Assembly: GCA_965601925.1 (NCBI GenBank)
Contig: OZ271854.1
Span: 928,001 to 992,000 of the forward strand
Length of the DNA stretch: 64,000 nt
Direction: 5' to 3'
From: Alkalispirochaeta sp.
GTDB lineage: Bacteria > Spirochaetota > Spirochaetia > DSM-27196 > Alkalispirochaetaceae
Shown here: in pieces, positions 38,777 through 47,717 of the stretch
Layout of the letters: each line of letters opens with the position of its first letter
Position numbering within the stretch: position 1 is the first letter of the stretch
Program-made: the position numbers and the translations under genes
The notes under the pieces: model-generated
Databases searched by the model: none
What the model was told of the DNA's origin: nothing
Seen by the model: only the letters and a program-made list of their open reading frames with translations

Positions 38777-40165
38777 CTATTCGGCGAGAGCCTCCACTCG
38801 ACTCTGAATCTCCCGAAGCGCCTCGTCAACGGAGATTTCACCATCGATGTAACGCCGAACCGTCTCGGCCACCACGCGGGTATCATAAATACGGGCGGTA
38901 AGGGCGCCATAGCCTTGCGAAAAACCCCACCGGCTACCGCTGTCGAGACCTTCTACCACGGCGGCAATAACGTCGGAGGGATAGAACTGGGACAACGTAG
39001 CCTGGCGATCCACACCGATCGGCAGCCGACTCCACCCCGCGACAAAGAGGTCACCGTCGGAAGGAGTGCCGCGGCGAACGGGAAACTTCCCTTCCGGCGC
39101 CATAGCCAGGAGGTCTAAATAGCGCTCATTCATAGAGTACTCCACAAAACGCTGGGCGGCTTCGGTATCCGCGTCGACGGTGATACCGTAGTACACCAGA
39201 GTGGCATAACCGCTTCCTTCGGGATTACTGGGTCCGGCAACGCGGGTAACAAAGCCGGTGTTGCGTGCAAGCTCGTCGCCCGTCGGGTCCTCCAGAGCAG
39301 TGACCGGAACGCTATCCCGCAAACCCGCAAGCTCGTCCATTATGAAGGGCGACCAGATAATCATCGCCGCTTGACCGGATAGATAGAGCTCACGTGACTG
39401 CTGCCAGTACAGATTCCCGGGAGGGCTAGCTTCTGCAATAGCCTTGTAGAACTCAAGCGTCTCTCTCATAGCAGAGCCGTCGAGAGTCACGTTTCCATCC
39501 GCGTCCACGACATCCACACCATTGGCCAGCGATAGGTGCTCCACCACTTCCATCAGGTAGGCGTGGCTGGGATCGGTCGCCGCTACAAAGCCGAACAGCT
39601 CCGGCGGATTGTGAAGCGCCTCTATCGCCGCCAAAATGCTCTCATAATCGGTGGGTGGAGCGAGACCGGCTTCCTGGAACAGATCCTTCCGATATACCAA
39701 AAGCTGGGTCCAACCGGAAACCGGTACGGCAGCATAGCCGGCGTCGACCGCAACAAGATCCAACGCGCCGCTGCTGAAGCTTTCTTCGCCCAGCCTTCCG
39801 ATAATCTCGGTAGCGGCGGAGGCGTCCAGAATGCCGGCCTCCGCCCAGGCTAAGGTATAGTGCAAGGCGTGATCGACAACGTCGGGAAGCTCGCCGGCGC
39901 TAAAGGCGGCCGCCAACCGTTCGCCCATTTGGCTCTCCTCCACGGGGACTATCTCGACGGTGATACCGCTATCCTCCTCGAAACTCGTAGCAATTTCTTC
40001 CAAAACTGTCATCCGTTCCGGTTGTACCTCCGCACTCCAAAGTGTGATAGTCCGCGTCTCGCGTATCTGCGGCTCCGCCCCTTCCGGCTGCCCCGTGGCG
40101 AACGCTTCAGCTGCAATCGTCGCAAGAAGAACTATAAAAACCGCCAACATTCGCACGTTTTTCAT
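38777..40165 (-). CDS. Family-1 sugar ABC substrate-binding protein (orphan; no permeases follow)
   Basis: MKNVRML signal peptide after AGGAGG; GELPDV, LVYRKDLF..AGL.PP. Confidence 0.87.
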   Translation of the reverse strand: MKNVRMLAVFIVLLATIAAEAFATGQPEGAEPQIRETRTITLWSAEVQPERMTVLEEIATSFEEDSGITVEIVPVEESQMGERLAAAFSAGELPDVVDHALHYTLAWAEAGILDASAATEIIGRLGEESFSSGALDLVAVDAGYAAVPVSGWTQLLVYRKDLFQEAGLAPPTDYESILAAIEALHNPPELFGFVAATDPSHAYLMEVVEHLSLANGVDVVDADGNVTLDGSAMRETLEFYKAIAEASPPGNLYWQQSRELYLSGQAAMIIWSPFIMDELAGLRDSVPVTALEDPTGDELARNTGFVTRVAGPSNPEGSGYATLVYYGITVDADTEAAQRFVEYSMNERYLDLLAMAPEGKFPVRRGTPSDGDLFVAGWSRLPIGVDRQATLSQFYPSDVIAAVVEGLDSGSRWGFSQGYGALTARIYDTRVVAETVRRYIDGEISVDEALREIQSRVEALAE

Positions 40166-40233
40166 ATGGAATCCTCCTATCTGACATTCAACTCCCCTAC
40201 GAGGAGCTCCATTTCTCCCTACATCGCCCATCG

Positions 40234-41292
40234 CTATCTACCACCCTTGTTCTCGAGGGGCAGGGAAATCACTTCATGGTTCCGGGCGGATCGAAGCGCC
40301 GCTATACAGATCTCCAAAGCACGGTACCCCTCCCCGGGCGGTACGGGGTTCCGTGCGGTGCCCAGCACAGCAGCTATGAAGGCGGAGACTATTTCGTAAG
40401 GCAAAACACCAGGCTCCCGTCTACTGGTCGACGGCGGCTTTACGACGGTGCGAGTTCCCCGTGCGTCGTAGTAGATGAGCGGCGGCTCTTCATCCCTGTC
40501 GGAGCACAACGTTCCCCCCTCGCCGATAACCGTGAGCTGATCCAGTCTTCTCCCACGGCTGCTCCAGCCCACTTCGAGCGTTACCAGCGTGCCGCCGGAC
40601 ATCGTAAGTACAGCGACGGCATTCGTCGCTCCCGCAGTGTGACCATTCGAGTCGTCGAAAGCGGCTATCGATATCGCCTCTTGTAACGTGAGAAAACGAA
40701 CAAGATCCGCCTTGTGGACCATGAGGTCACCAACGACTCCGAGGACTCCGAGCCTGCTGTCTCGAAACCAGTTATTACCGGGACTCCACCGCTCGGGTCC
40801 ACCGTGGGCAAAGGTGGCTCGAATATGGTGGATGTTCCCCAATGCTCCGGTTTGCAGCAACTTCTGTATTTCAACGTTATGCGGCAGAAAGCGCTGGTTC
40901 TGCGCCACCGTCAGGACTACACCATATCGATTCGCAGCATCGATCATCCTTCGCGCCTCGGAAAGCGTCACGGCTATCGGCTTTTCCACCAGGACGTGAA
41001 CGCCACGTTTCATCGCTTCAATCGCCATCGGTGCGTGAAGAGCGTTCGGAGTACAGATGCTCACAGCCTCAACTCTTCCCTCTTCGAGAAACTGCTGATA
41101 GTCGTCGTAGATGCTTACGCCCGGCAGCCTGTCGGCAAGGTCACTCATGGATTCAAGACGCCGATTGTAGAGAGAGGTAAGCTGCGCTTTCGAGGAGTTG
41201 AGATAGCCGGGGATGTGAAGACTCCGTGCAATTTTGCCGCATCCTACTACCCCAACGCGTAGCGGCTTAGAAAGTGTCGTGCGATCGGCCAT
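40234..41292 (-). CDS. Gfo/Idh/MocA dehydrogenase
   Basis: GVVGCGKIA, CTPNALH, HVLVEKP, DLMVHKAD. Confidence 0.9.
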   Translation of the reverse strand: MADRTTLSKPLRVGVVGCGKIARSLHIPGYLNSSKAQLTSLYNRRLESMSDLADRLPGVSIYDDYQQFLEEGRVEAVSICTPNALHAPMAIEAMKRGVHVLVEKPIAVTLSEARRMIDAANRYGVVLTVAQNQRFLPHNVEIQKLLQTGALGNIHHIRATFAHGGPERWSPGNNWFRDSRLGVLGVVGDLMVHKADLVRFLTLQEAISIAAFDDSNGHTAGATNAVAVLTMSGGTLVTLEVGWSSRGRRLDQLTVIGEGGTLCSDRDEEPPLIYYDARGTRTVVKPPSTSRREPGVLPYEIVSAFIAAVLGTARNPVPPGEGYRALEICIAALRSARNHEVISLPLENKGGR

Positions 41293-41357
41293 CTGATTGA
41301 CTCCGCCGTATAACGATCATCGGAGTGTCATTTTGTTTCGCCGATTGGAGCCTGAGA

Positions 41358-41388
41358 AGATCCAATTGCCGATCGATTGATAGATCCA
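41358..41388 (-). promoter_or_regulatory. Putative MocR operator TGGATCT-N17-TGGATCT
   Basis: AGATCCA at 41358-64 and 41382-88 on the plus strand; same motif and spacing as 42958-42988. Confidence 0.75.
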
Positions 41389-41414
41389 CTTAACAATGCT
41401 AAAAGGCGAGGAGT

Positions 41415-42911
41415 TTAGGACGAAAGGCCGGTGTAGTGCCCAAGTCTTTCCACCGTCCGATGCATACGGTCGGCCGGAATCGCGGTGTAGCCGAGAACGA
41501 GTCCGGGTTTATCCCTCGGTTCGAGGTAAAACTGGGAGAGCGGCGTGGCGACGAGGTCACCCTTTGCAGCAGCGGCCGAGAGCGCGTTATCATCCGCCCC
41601 TCCGGGAAGCCATGCCGAGATGTGCATGCCGGATTCGGTAGGGCCGACTCGCAGCTTCTTCCCGAGAAGGTCGGTGACGGCTTCCAAAAAGGCGCGTCTG
41701 CGGCCGTCATAGAGCGTTCTCATACGCCTGATGTGGCGGGAAAAGTGGCCCTCGACGATAAAATCGGTCAAAACGGCCTGCTGGACCGGCGACACTCGGG
41801 AGTGGATCAATCGATATGCCCGGCTAAAGCTATCGACAAGCCGCCGTGGAACGACAAGGTAACCGAGTCGAATGCCGGGAAAAAGCACCTTGCTGAAGGT
41901 ACCTACATAGATGACCCGTCCACCAACGTCCAAGCCTTGAAGAGCCGCAACCGGACGTCCCTTGTACCGATATTCACAATCGTAGTCGTCTTCGAGTATC
42001 CACGCGCCGTATCGGTCCGCCCAATCCAGCAGTTCAAAGCGTCGCGTGACGCTCATTGTGGAACCCAGAGGGAACTGATGGGAGGGTGTGGTATACACCA
42101 TCTTCGCCTTCGGTGCCTTCTCCAATCCCAGCCGCACGCACAACCCTTCGGAATCTACGGGGACCGGCACCGCCGTACACTCCGATGCCGACAGAACGGC
42201 CCGTATCCCTCGATATCCCGGCTCTTCGATCCACGCCTGATCCCCGGAATCGAGAAGCAAGTTTACCGCCAAATAGATCGCCTGAACGGATCCACTGGTA
42301 ACGATGATCTGCTCCGTATCACAGTTTACTCCGCGGGCCGTCCGTAGATAGTTGCCTATCGCATCTCTCAGCGGTTCATAACCGGGGGTGTCAATGACGG
42401 TATCGAACAAGTCGAATTGGGAACGCTGATAGTGGCGCCCGGAAAGTCGTGACCACACGTCAAAGGGAAAATGGTCGAGGGCCGGTAGCCCAACCCGGAA
42501 GGCTATACGGCCGCTCCGCCGAAGGGGAACATCGATCTCCGTCATGAATCGAGCGCTGCGACGGGCAAGCGGTTCAAGGGTCTCTCGACCAAGGGAAGAG
42601 ACGGCGTTGCGCCTGGCTTCTAAAAGTTCGGAAGGAAGCTCTCCGGAGACAAAGGTCCCGGCCCCGACCTGCGCGGTGAGAAATCCTTCCGCCTCGAGTT
42701 GCTCGAAGGCGTACTTTATCGTATTGCGAGAAACCTTGAGCAAATCCGCCAGATCCCGGCTGGATGGTAATCGCGTCCCGGGCTTCAGTTGTCCCGCCAA
42801 AATATGGGATCTCAAATGCGAAGAGATCTGCTCCTGCAATGTGGTTGTACCACTCCGATCGAGACCCGCAATTGTCAGCAAGTATATCGTTTCGCCTGAG
42901 CTTTTCCCCAT
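41415..42911 (-). CDS. MocR/GabR-family PLP-dependent GntR regulator
   Basis: PGTRLPSSRDLA..L.VSRNT wHTH; TPSHQFPLG, EDDYD.EYRY, YVGTFSKVLFPGIRLGY. Confidence 0.95.
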   Translation of the reverse strand: MGKSSGETIYLLTIAGLDRSGTTTLQEQISSHLRSHILAGQLKPGTRLPSSRDLADLLKVSRNTIKYAFEQLEAEGFLTAQVGAGTFVSGELPSELLEARRNAVSSLGRETLEPLARRSARFMTEIDVPLRRSGRIAFRVGLPALDHFPFDVWSRLSGRHYQRSQFDLFDTVIDTPGYEPLRDAIGNYLRTARGVNCDTEQIIVTSGSVQAIYLAVNLLLDSGDQAWIEEPGYRGIRAVLSASECTAVPVPVDSEGLCVRLGLEKAPKAKMVYTTPSHQFPLGSTMSVTRRFELLDWADRYGAWILEDDYDCEYRYKGRPVAALQGLDVGGRVIYVGTFSKVLFPGIRLGYLVVPRRLVDSFSRAYRLIHSRVSPVQQAVLTDFIVEGHFSRHIRRMRTLYDGRRRAFLEAVTDLLGKKLRVGPTESGMHISAWLPGGADDNALSAAAAKGDLVATPLSQFYLEPRDKPGLVLGYTAIPADRMHRTVERLGHYTGLSS

Positions 42912-42957
42912 CCTTCGTTACCAGGATATGGGTAAAGGCGGGAAACGGCAAGGATAA

Positions 42958-42988
42958 TGGATCTCATCAATGAGCCGATATTGGATCT
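42958..42988 (+). promoter_or_regulatory. Putative MocR operator TGGATCT-N17-TGGATCT
   Basis: TGGATCT CATCAATGAGCCGATAT TGGATCT in the divergent mocR/aminotransferase promoter. Confidence 0.75.
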
Positions 42989-43058
42989 TTCGAGAGTCCT
43001 ATTTTTCTACTACGCTCCAACTGTTCAGAGACGACATGTAGCCAATAAGGAGGGAGAG

Positions 43059-44309
43059 ATGGATAGACTCGCTATTGTAGGAGGCACCCCGATTCGGAGA
43101 GAACCTTACCCTTCATGGCCTGTTCATGATGAGCGCGACATTGAAGCGGTCGCATCGGTTGTCCGCTCCGGCAGATGGGGTGGATATCCCTACCCGGGAA
43201 GTGAGACCAAGCGATTCGGTGAGCGCTTCGCGGAAACACAGGGTGGAGGACACCCGGTCCTGATGGCTAACGGGTCGGTCACCTTGGAAGTGGCGTTACG
43301 TGCGGCCGATATCGGCTGGGGCGATGAGGTCATTGTCCCCGCCTATACCTTTCAAGCAACCGCATATGCGCCGGTAGTCGCCGGGGCGGTTCCGGTTCTC
43401 GTTGACGTAGATCCGGAGAGCTACTGTATAGATCCGGACAAGATCGAGGCCGCCGTCACGGAAAAAACGAAGGCGATTATCGTTGTGCACCTCGGTGCTC
43501 AGATGGCGGATATGGATCGCATCATGCAGATCGCCGAACGTCGGCATTTGGTGGTCATTGAGGATGCCGCCCACGCTCACGGAGCGATGTGGGACGGAAG
43601 AGGGGCGGGAACAATAGGCGACTTCGGCTCATTCAGCTTTCAGTCATCAAAAATTCTTACGACGGGCGAGGGGGGACTGCTACTCTGCCGGACCGCTGAA
43701 AGTGCCGCAAGGGCTGCGGCCATAATCAATTGCGGTCGGCCGATGGATCACCATGAGCCGGTTTCCGTATTCGGCGTAAACTATCGCATGACGGAGCTTC
43801 AAGCCGCCCTCGGAAACGTAGCACTTGAGCGCTTTCTTGACCAAATCGCCGCACGCGAGGAGGCGGCCGCCTACTTTGAAGAAGTTATTGCCGGGATTCC
43901 GGGTATCGCACTCCTACGCCGCGAGGCGAGGATTACTCGGCGTTCGTTTTACCGGTTCGTGATTAAAATGGATCCGGTGGTCGTTGGGGCAACGCGCGAC
44001 CGTGTCTGCGCAGCTTTAAACGCCGAGGGTGTTCCGTGTCAGTCCGGCTGGGCCCCTCCGATGCATCGCTACGATCTTTTTCAGCCGCAACTCTCTCGGC
44101 TACCGATTCCGGCTACGCTTCCCGAAAGATTCGATTTTCAATCGATGAGCTTTCCGGTCGCGGAGAAAGCTTCCTTGAGGGAGTCGCTATGGCTCAATGA
44201 GAGCATTTTCCGCGCCGGTCGTAAGGGAGTCGAAGACGCCAAGGACGGAATCGCAAAAGTCGTGGAGCACGTCGCAATCCTCGACAAGCGCGAGCGGCCC
44301 AAAGATTAA
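43059..44309 (+). CDS. DegT/DnrJ/EryC1/StrS aminotransferase (inosose aminotransferase/RifK-like N-terminus)
   Basis: LAIVGGTP.R...PSWP, GDEVIVPAYTFQATA, EDAAHAHG, FSFQSSKILTTGEGG, NYRMTELQAA. Confidence 0.92.
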   Translation: MDRLAIVGGTPIRREPYPSWPVHDERDIEAVASVVRSGRWGGYPYPGSETKRFGERFAETQGGGHPVLMANGSVTLEVALRAADIGWGDEVIVPAYTFQATAYAPVVAGAVPVLVDVDPESYCIDPDKIEAAVTEKTKAIIVVHLGAQMADMDRIMQIAERRHLVVIEDAAHAHGAMWDGRGAGTIGDFGSFSFQSSKILTTGEGGLLLCRTAESAARAAAIINCGRPMDHHEPVSVFGVNYRMTELQAALGNVALERFLDQIAAREEAAAYFEEVIAGIPGIALLRREARITRRSFYRFVIKMDPVVVGATRDRVCAALNAEGVPCQSGWAPPMHRYDLFQPQLSRLPIPATLPERFDFQSMSFPVAEKASLRESLWLNESIFRAGRKGVEDAKDGIAKVVEHVAILDKRERPKD

Positions 44310-44315
44310 GGCGGG

Positions 44316-45641
44316 GTGAAGAGCTCAATGGCTGTATTCGAAGCCGGTGCCGCCAAACGTCCTTTGCGCCCCAAGGTGGGCGCACCGCTTCTCGGCTACG
44401 GCACATACGAAAGAATATCGGAAGGAATCCATGATACGCCTCAAGTCCGAACAGTGGTGATGTGTGGTGCGAACACGCCGATCGTGATCTGTGCCTTAGA
44501 GGTGCTGTGGTTACGCAATCAAGAAATACGTCAAATTCGAAGCACCGTCGAGACGGAAACGGGCGTTCCATCCGGCAATGTCTTTATATGCGCGACTCAT
44601 ACTCACTCGGTACCGGCACCACACATGCACAACCATTGGGAAGAGGCGCTACCGCCGGTAGTCGCATCGACGGTGTCAGAGGCGCTGTCGAGAATGCGGC
44701 CTGCTCACATCGGCCACGGATACGGCTCTCTCTACGGCTACTCCATAAATCGTCGTCGACTGAACGATCCTATTGATCCGTCCGTCGCGGTCGTACGAAT
44801 CGATACCATAGACGGTACGCCGATCTGCGTGTTGGGCAACTTCGGATGTCATGCCGTGGTTCTTGGATACCGCAACACACTCATTTCGGCCGATTGGCCC
44901 GGATACTGCTCTTCTCAGCTGGAGGAGCGTTTTGGAGGGCACTTCGTGGCACTTTTGACTCAAGGAGGGGCCGCCGACATAAACCCAATAACTGAGACCG
45001 TAAGAATACGACTGCAGGCAGGGTATCCCGTAAAAGCCGGATATGATCTGTCAACAATGTATGGGCAGCATGTTGAAAATCTCGAGACTGCTGATTCTCG
45101 ATCATGGCGGCTTACCGATCGCGCTGCAGGTAGCTTCGACGAAGCGGATCACGTCGGAAGAGCTTTGAGCAATGAAGTATTGAAGGTATGGCAGGGAGTT
45201 TTACCCCGTCTCAGGGCTGCGCCACGGGTGGAGCGTGTTCTCGTAGACGGCCGCGCGGAGGCAAAATCGTCACCCCATGCCGATATCGCCGTCAGCCAAA
45301 ACACGTCACTCCCGGACATCAGGAACGAGATATCCCGAATGGAGATCATGCTCATCGCCATAGGAGACTTGGCTCTACTGGGGCATCCCGGCGAGAGCTT
45401 CAGCGAAACCGCCGTATTGGTTCGTAAACGCTTTCTAAGACGCGGCTATCGGACGGCGTTCCTGGTGACTTACGCGAACGGCTGTTTCGGATATCTCCCT
45501 CCCTCAGAAGCGTTTGCCGAGGGCGGTTATGAAGTAGCCTGGGCCGAAACCGTCGAACTGCCTATCTCGATTCAGAATAGAATGTGGGAAGCGACGGAGC
45601 TCCTCCTCACGCAAAACTCTAAGTTCTTTGGGCCAACGTGA
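44316..45641 (+). CDS. Neutral/alkaline ceramidase-like Zn amidohydrolase
   Basis: ATHTHSVP, GNFGCHAVVLG, ISADWPG, QGGAADINP, PGE.F, ANG..GYLP.....GGYE. Confidence 0.82.
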   Translation: MKSSMAVFEAGAAKRPLRPKVGAPLLGYGTYERISEGIHDTPQVRTVVMCGANTPIVICALEVLWLRNQEIRQIRSTVETETGVPSGNVFICATHTHSVPAPHMHNHWEEALPPVVASTVSEALSRMRPAHIGHGYGSLYGYSINRRRLNDPIDPSVAVVRIDTIDGTPICVLGNFGCHAVVLGYRNTLISADWPGYCSSQLEERFGGHFVALLTQGGAADINPITETVRIRLQAGYPVKAGYDLSTMYGQHVENLETADSRSWRLTDRAAGSFDEADHVGRALSNEVLKVWQGVLPRLRAAPRVERVLVDGRAEAKSSPHADIAVSQNTSLPDIRNEISRMEIMLIAIGDLALLGHPGESFSETAVLVRKRFLRRGYRTAFLVTYANGCFGYLPPSEAFAEGGYEVAWAETVELPISIQNRMWEATELLLTQNSKFFGPT

Positions 45642-45684
45642 CCATGGTGCTCTTAGAAGATCAACGGAATCGTCGACGAATACT

Positions 45685-45717
45685 GAACGCCCTACCCCAA
45701 AACCGGAGTGATGCCGT
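45685..45717 (+). repeat. 33-bp direct repeat, right boundary of island (attR-like)
   Basis: Identical to 38554-38586. Confidence 0.85.
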
Positions 45718-45772
45718 CTCTTCGACCGTGATGGCAAATGTCGGGACAACGGACGTACGAGCGGCCGCCCGG

Positions 45773-46660
45773 TCAGCTCGACTCAACCTCTCGCACCAGC
45801 CGCATCTGAGCGCCGATTACCGAAAACGAAATGAGACATCCTCCTATAACCGTGTTCCAGTGAAGCGGCTCACCGAGAACGAGCGTTCCCAGTGCCACGG
45901 CAACGAGTACCTCGAAGTAGGCGAGAATTGCGGCCGAGGCGGCGTTCAAACGGTGGAGTCCGATGAAGAAGAGGGTAAATCCGCCGAGTCCCACGACAAG
46001 CCCCATAGAGACGCCGATCGCGATCTGTCGGGTCGTCACGTCGCGGTCACCTGCAAAGAAGATCACGGCAAAGACGATCGCACCGACGAGGTTTTGGAAG
46101 AAGGTCGTCTCGAAGCGGCTGTTCCCGGCCTCCGCGCGCTTGAGAAGTACCATCACCACGGCGTGAAGCATCGCGGAGAAGATCATGGAGGAGACTCCAA
46201 TCGCTTCGTACTCGCTGAGTACGGCGGATCCGGCGGCGACACCCCGGACGTAGAGAAGCGGTATCCCGGCAAACGCGATACAGAGCAGACTTGCACGACG
46301 ACGCCCGATGCGTTCTCCGAGAATGAGCTTTGCGAAGAGCGCCGCAAAAATAGGCCACGAGTACAGCGCGACGGTGGCGTTGGCTACCGTCGTATACTCG
46401 AAGGCGAGAAAAAAGAAATACATGCGCACCGCGTTTAATCCCGATGCGACGAGGCGTGTCCCGAGATTTCGCCGCGATATCCTATGACGACGAAGGACGA
46501 ACCACCCGCCGAGGGCGACGGTCGGGACGACTAAACGAAAGAAGGCGATCGCCGTCGTGGGAAGCGCGGCGGCACGAATGAACAGCCCCCCGGTTCCCCA
46601 CGTGGCCGCAGCCAGGAGGACCAATGCGCCGGCGGACGCCGATCGACGATTCGCGATCAT
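45773..46660 (-). CDS. DMT/EamA-family transporter
   Basis: About 10 TM helices; LAAATWG, P.FAAL....LGE twice. Confidence 0.9.
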   Translation of the reverse strand: MIANRRSASAGALVLLAAATWGTGGLFIRAAALPTTAIAFFRLVVPTVALGGWFVLRRHRISRRNLGTRLVASGLNAVRMYFFFLAFEYTTVANATVALYSWPIFAALFAKLILGERIGRRRASLLCIAFAGIPLLYVRGVAAGSAVLSEYEAIGVSSMIFSAMLHAVVMVLLKRAEAGNSRFETTFFQNLVGAIVFAVIFFAGDRDVTTRQIAIGVSMGLVVGLGGFTLFFIGLHRLNAASAAILAYFEVLVAVALGTLVLGEPLHWNTVIGGCLISFSVIGAQMRLVREVESS

Positions 46661-46718
46661 AAAACACGGCGGGTTCGACGGTGTGGTGACACCGGAGCGA
46701 GAACGAGGGGCGCGCCCA

Positions 46719-47579
46719 TCAGCCGACGCCGGCCATCTCCTTAAGCATCCGAATCTCCTCAGGCCACCGCTCGACGTCCGGCGTCTCCAAGATCATCGGT
46801 TTGCCGTCCAATCGTGAGTCCGCCATGATCGCCCGGAACCCTTCGATACCGATCATTCCCTCGCCGATCGGTTTGTGGCGATCCTTACGGCTCCCGAGGT
46901 CACCGGTGGAGTCGTTAAGATGCAACGCCACCAGTCGATCGATTCCGACGATTCGTTCCACCTCCTGCATCAAGCCGTCCCATCCCTCGGCGGAGCGAAT
47001 GTCGTACCCCGCCGCGAAAGCGTGGCACGTGTCGATGCAGATCGCGAGGCGCTCGCTCTTCGCGGAGTACTCGATAATGCGGGCGAGCTGCTCGATCCGC
47101 TCCCCCATCGATGAACCCTGACCGGCGGTATTCTCCAAGACGAGTACTCCGCCGTCGACTTTATCCAGAACGCGGTCGACGCCGTCGGCAATTCGTCGGA
47201 GCGTCGCGTCTTCATCCAACTCACCTTTGGAGGTGCCGGGATGGAAATTGAGCCATCGAAGCCCCAACTGCACCGTCCTAGAAAGCTCGTCGGCCAACGC
47301 CTCGATCGACTTCTCACGAGTCTCGTCGCCGGGACTACCCAAGTTAACGAGATAGCTCGCATGAGGCATGGCGTGGTCCGCGTTATACCCCTCATCGTTC
47401 ATCGCAGCGTGAAACGCCTCGATGGTCGCCGCCTCGTACGGCTTCGCCTTCCACTGTCGCTGATTACGCGTGAAGAGCGAGAATGCCGTTGCACCGATCG
47501 CTTTGGCGTTCCGCGGTGCGTTGTCCACTCCGCCTGCGGCGCTTACGTGAGCGCCGACGTAGATCGTTCTGGTATTCAC
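46719..47579 (-). CDS. nfo: Endonuclease IV
   Basis: GAHVSAAGG, FTRNQRQW, HASYLVNLGSP, ENTAGQG, DTCHAFAAGYD, HLNDS, DRH, ILETP. Confidence 0.96.
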   Translation of the reverse strand: MNTRTIYVGAHVSAAGGVDNAPRNAKAIGATAFSLFTRNQRQWKAKPYEAATIEAFHAAMNDEGYNADHAMPHASYLVNLGSPGDETREKSIEALADELSRTVQLGLRWLNFHPGTSKGELDEDATLRRIADGVDRVLDKVDGGVLVLENTAGQGSSMGERIEQLARIIEYSAKSERLAICIDTCHAFAAGYDIRSAEGWDGLMQEVERIVGIDRLVALHLNDSTGDLGSRKDRHKPIGEGMIGIEGFRAIMADSRLDGKPMILETPDVERWPEEIRMLKEMAGVG

Positions 47580-47717
47580 ATCGGCTATTGTGGGCCAGGC
47601 GAGCCCGGAAGGCAAGGACCAAGTGCGGCGGCGGCGCGACTATCATTCCGATTGGCGAAAAAAAAACCGATCCGCCGCGTATCGATACCGTCGCCGCGCC
47701 CGATCTCCGTTCAATCG

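Noticed and set aside
43059..45641. DegT gene as part of an antibiotic or LPS biosynthetic cluster
   Set aside because: No cyclase, nucleotidyltransferase, glycosyltransferase or exporter is inside the island; co-regulation with an uptake SBP favours catabolism.
38554..45717. Island as a prophage or tRNA-anchored ICE
   Set aside because: There are no integrase, phage or conjugation genes, and the repeat does not resemble a tRNA 3' end.
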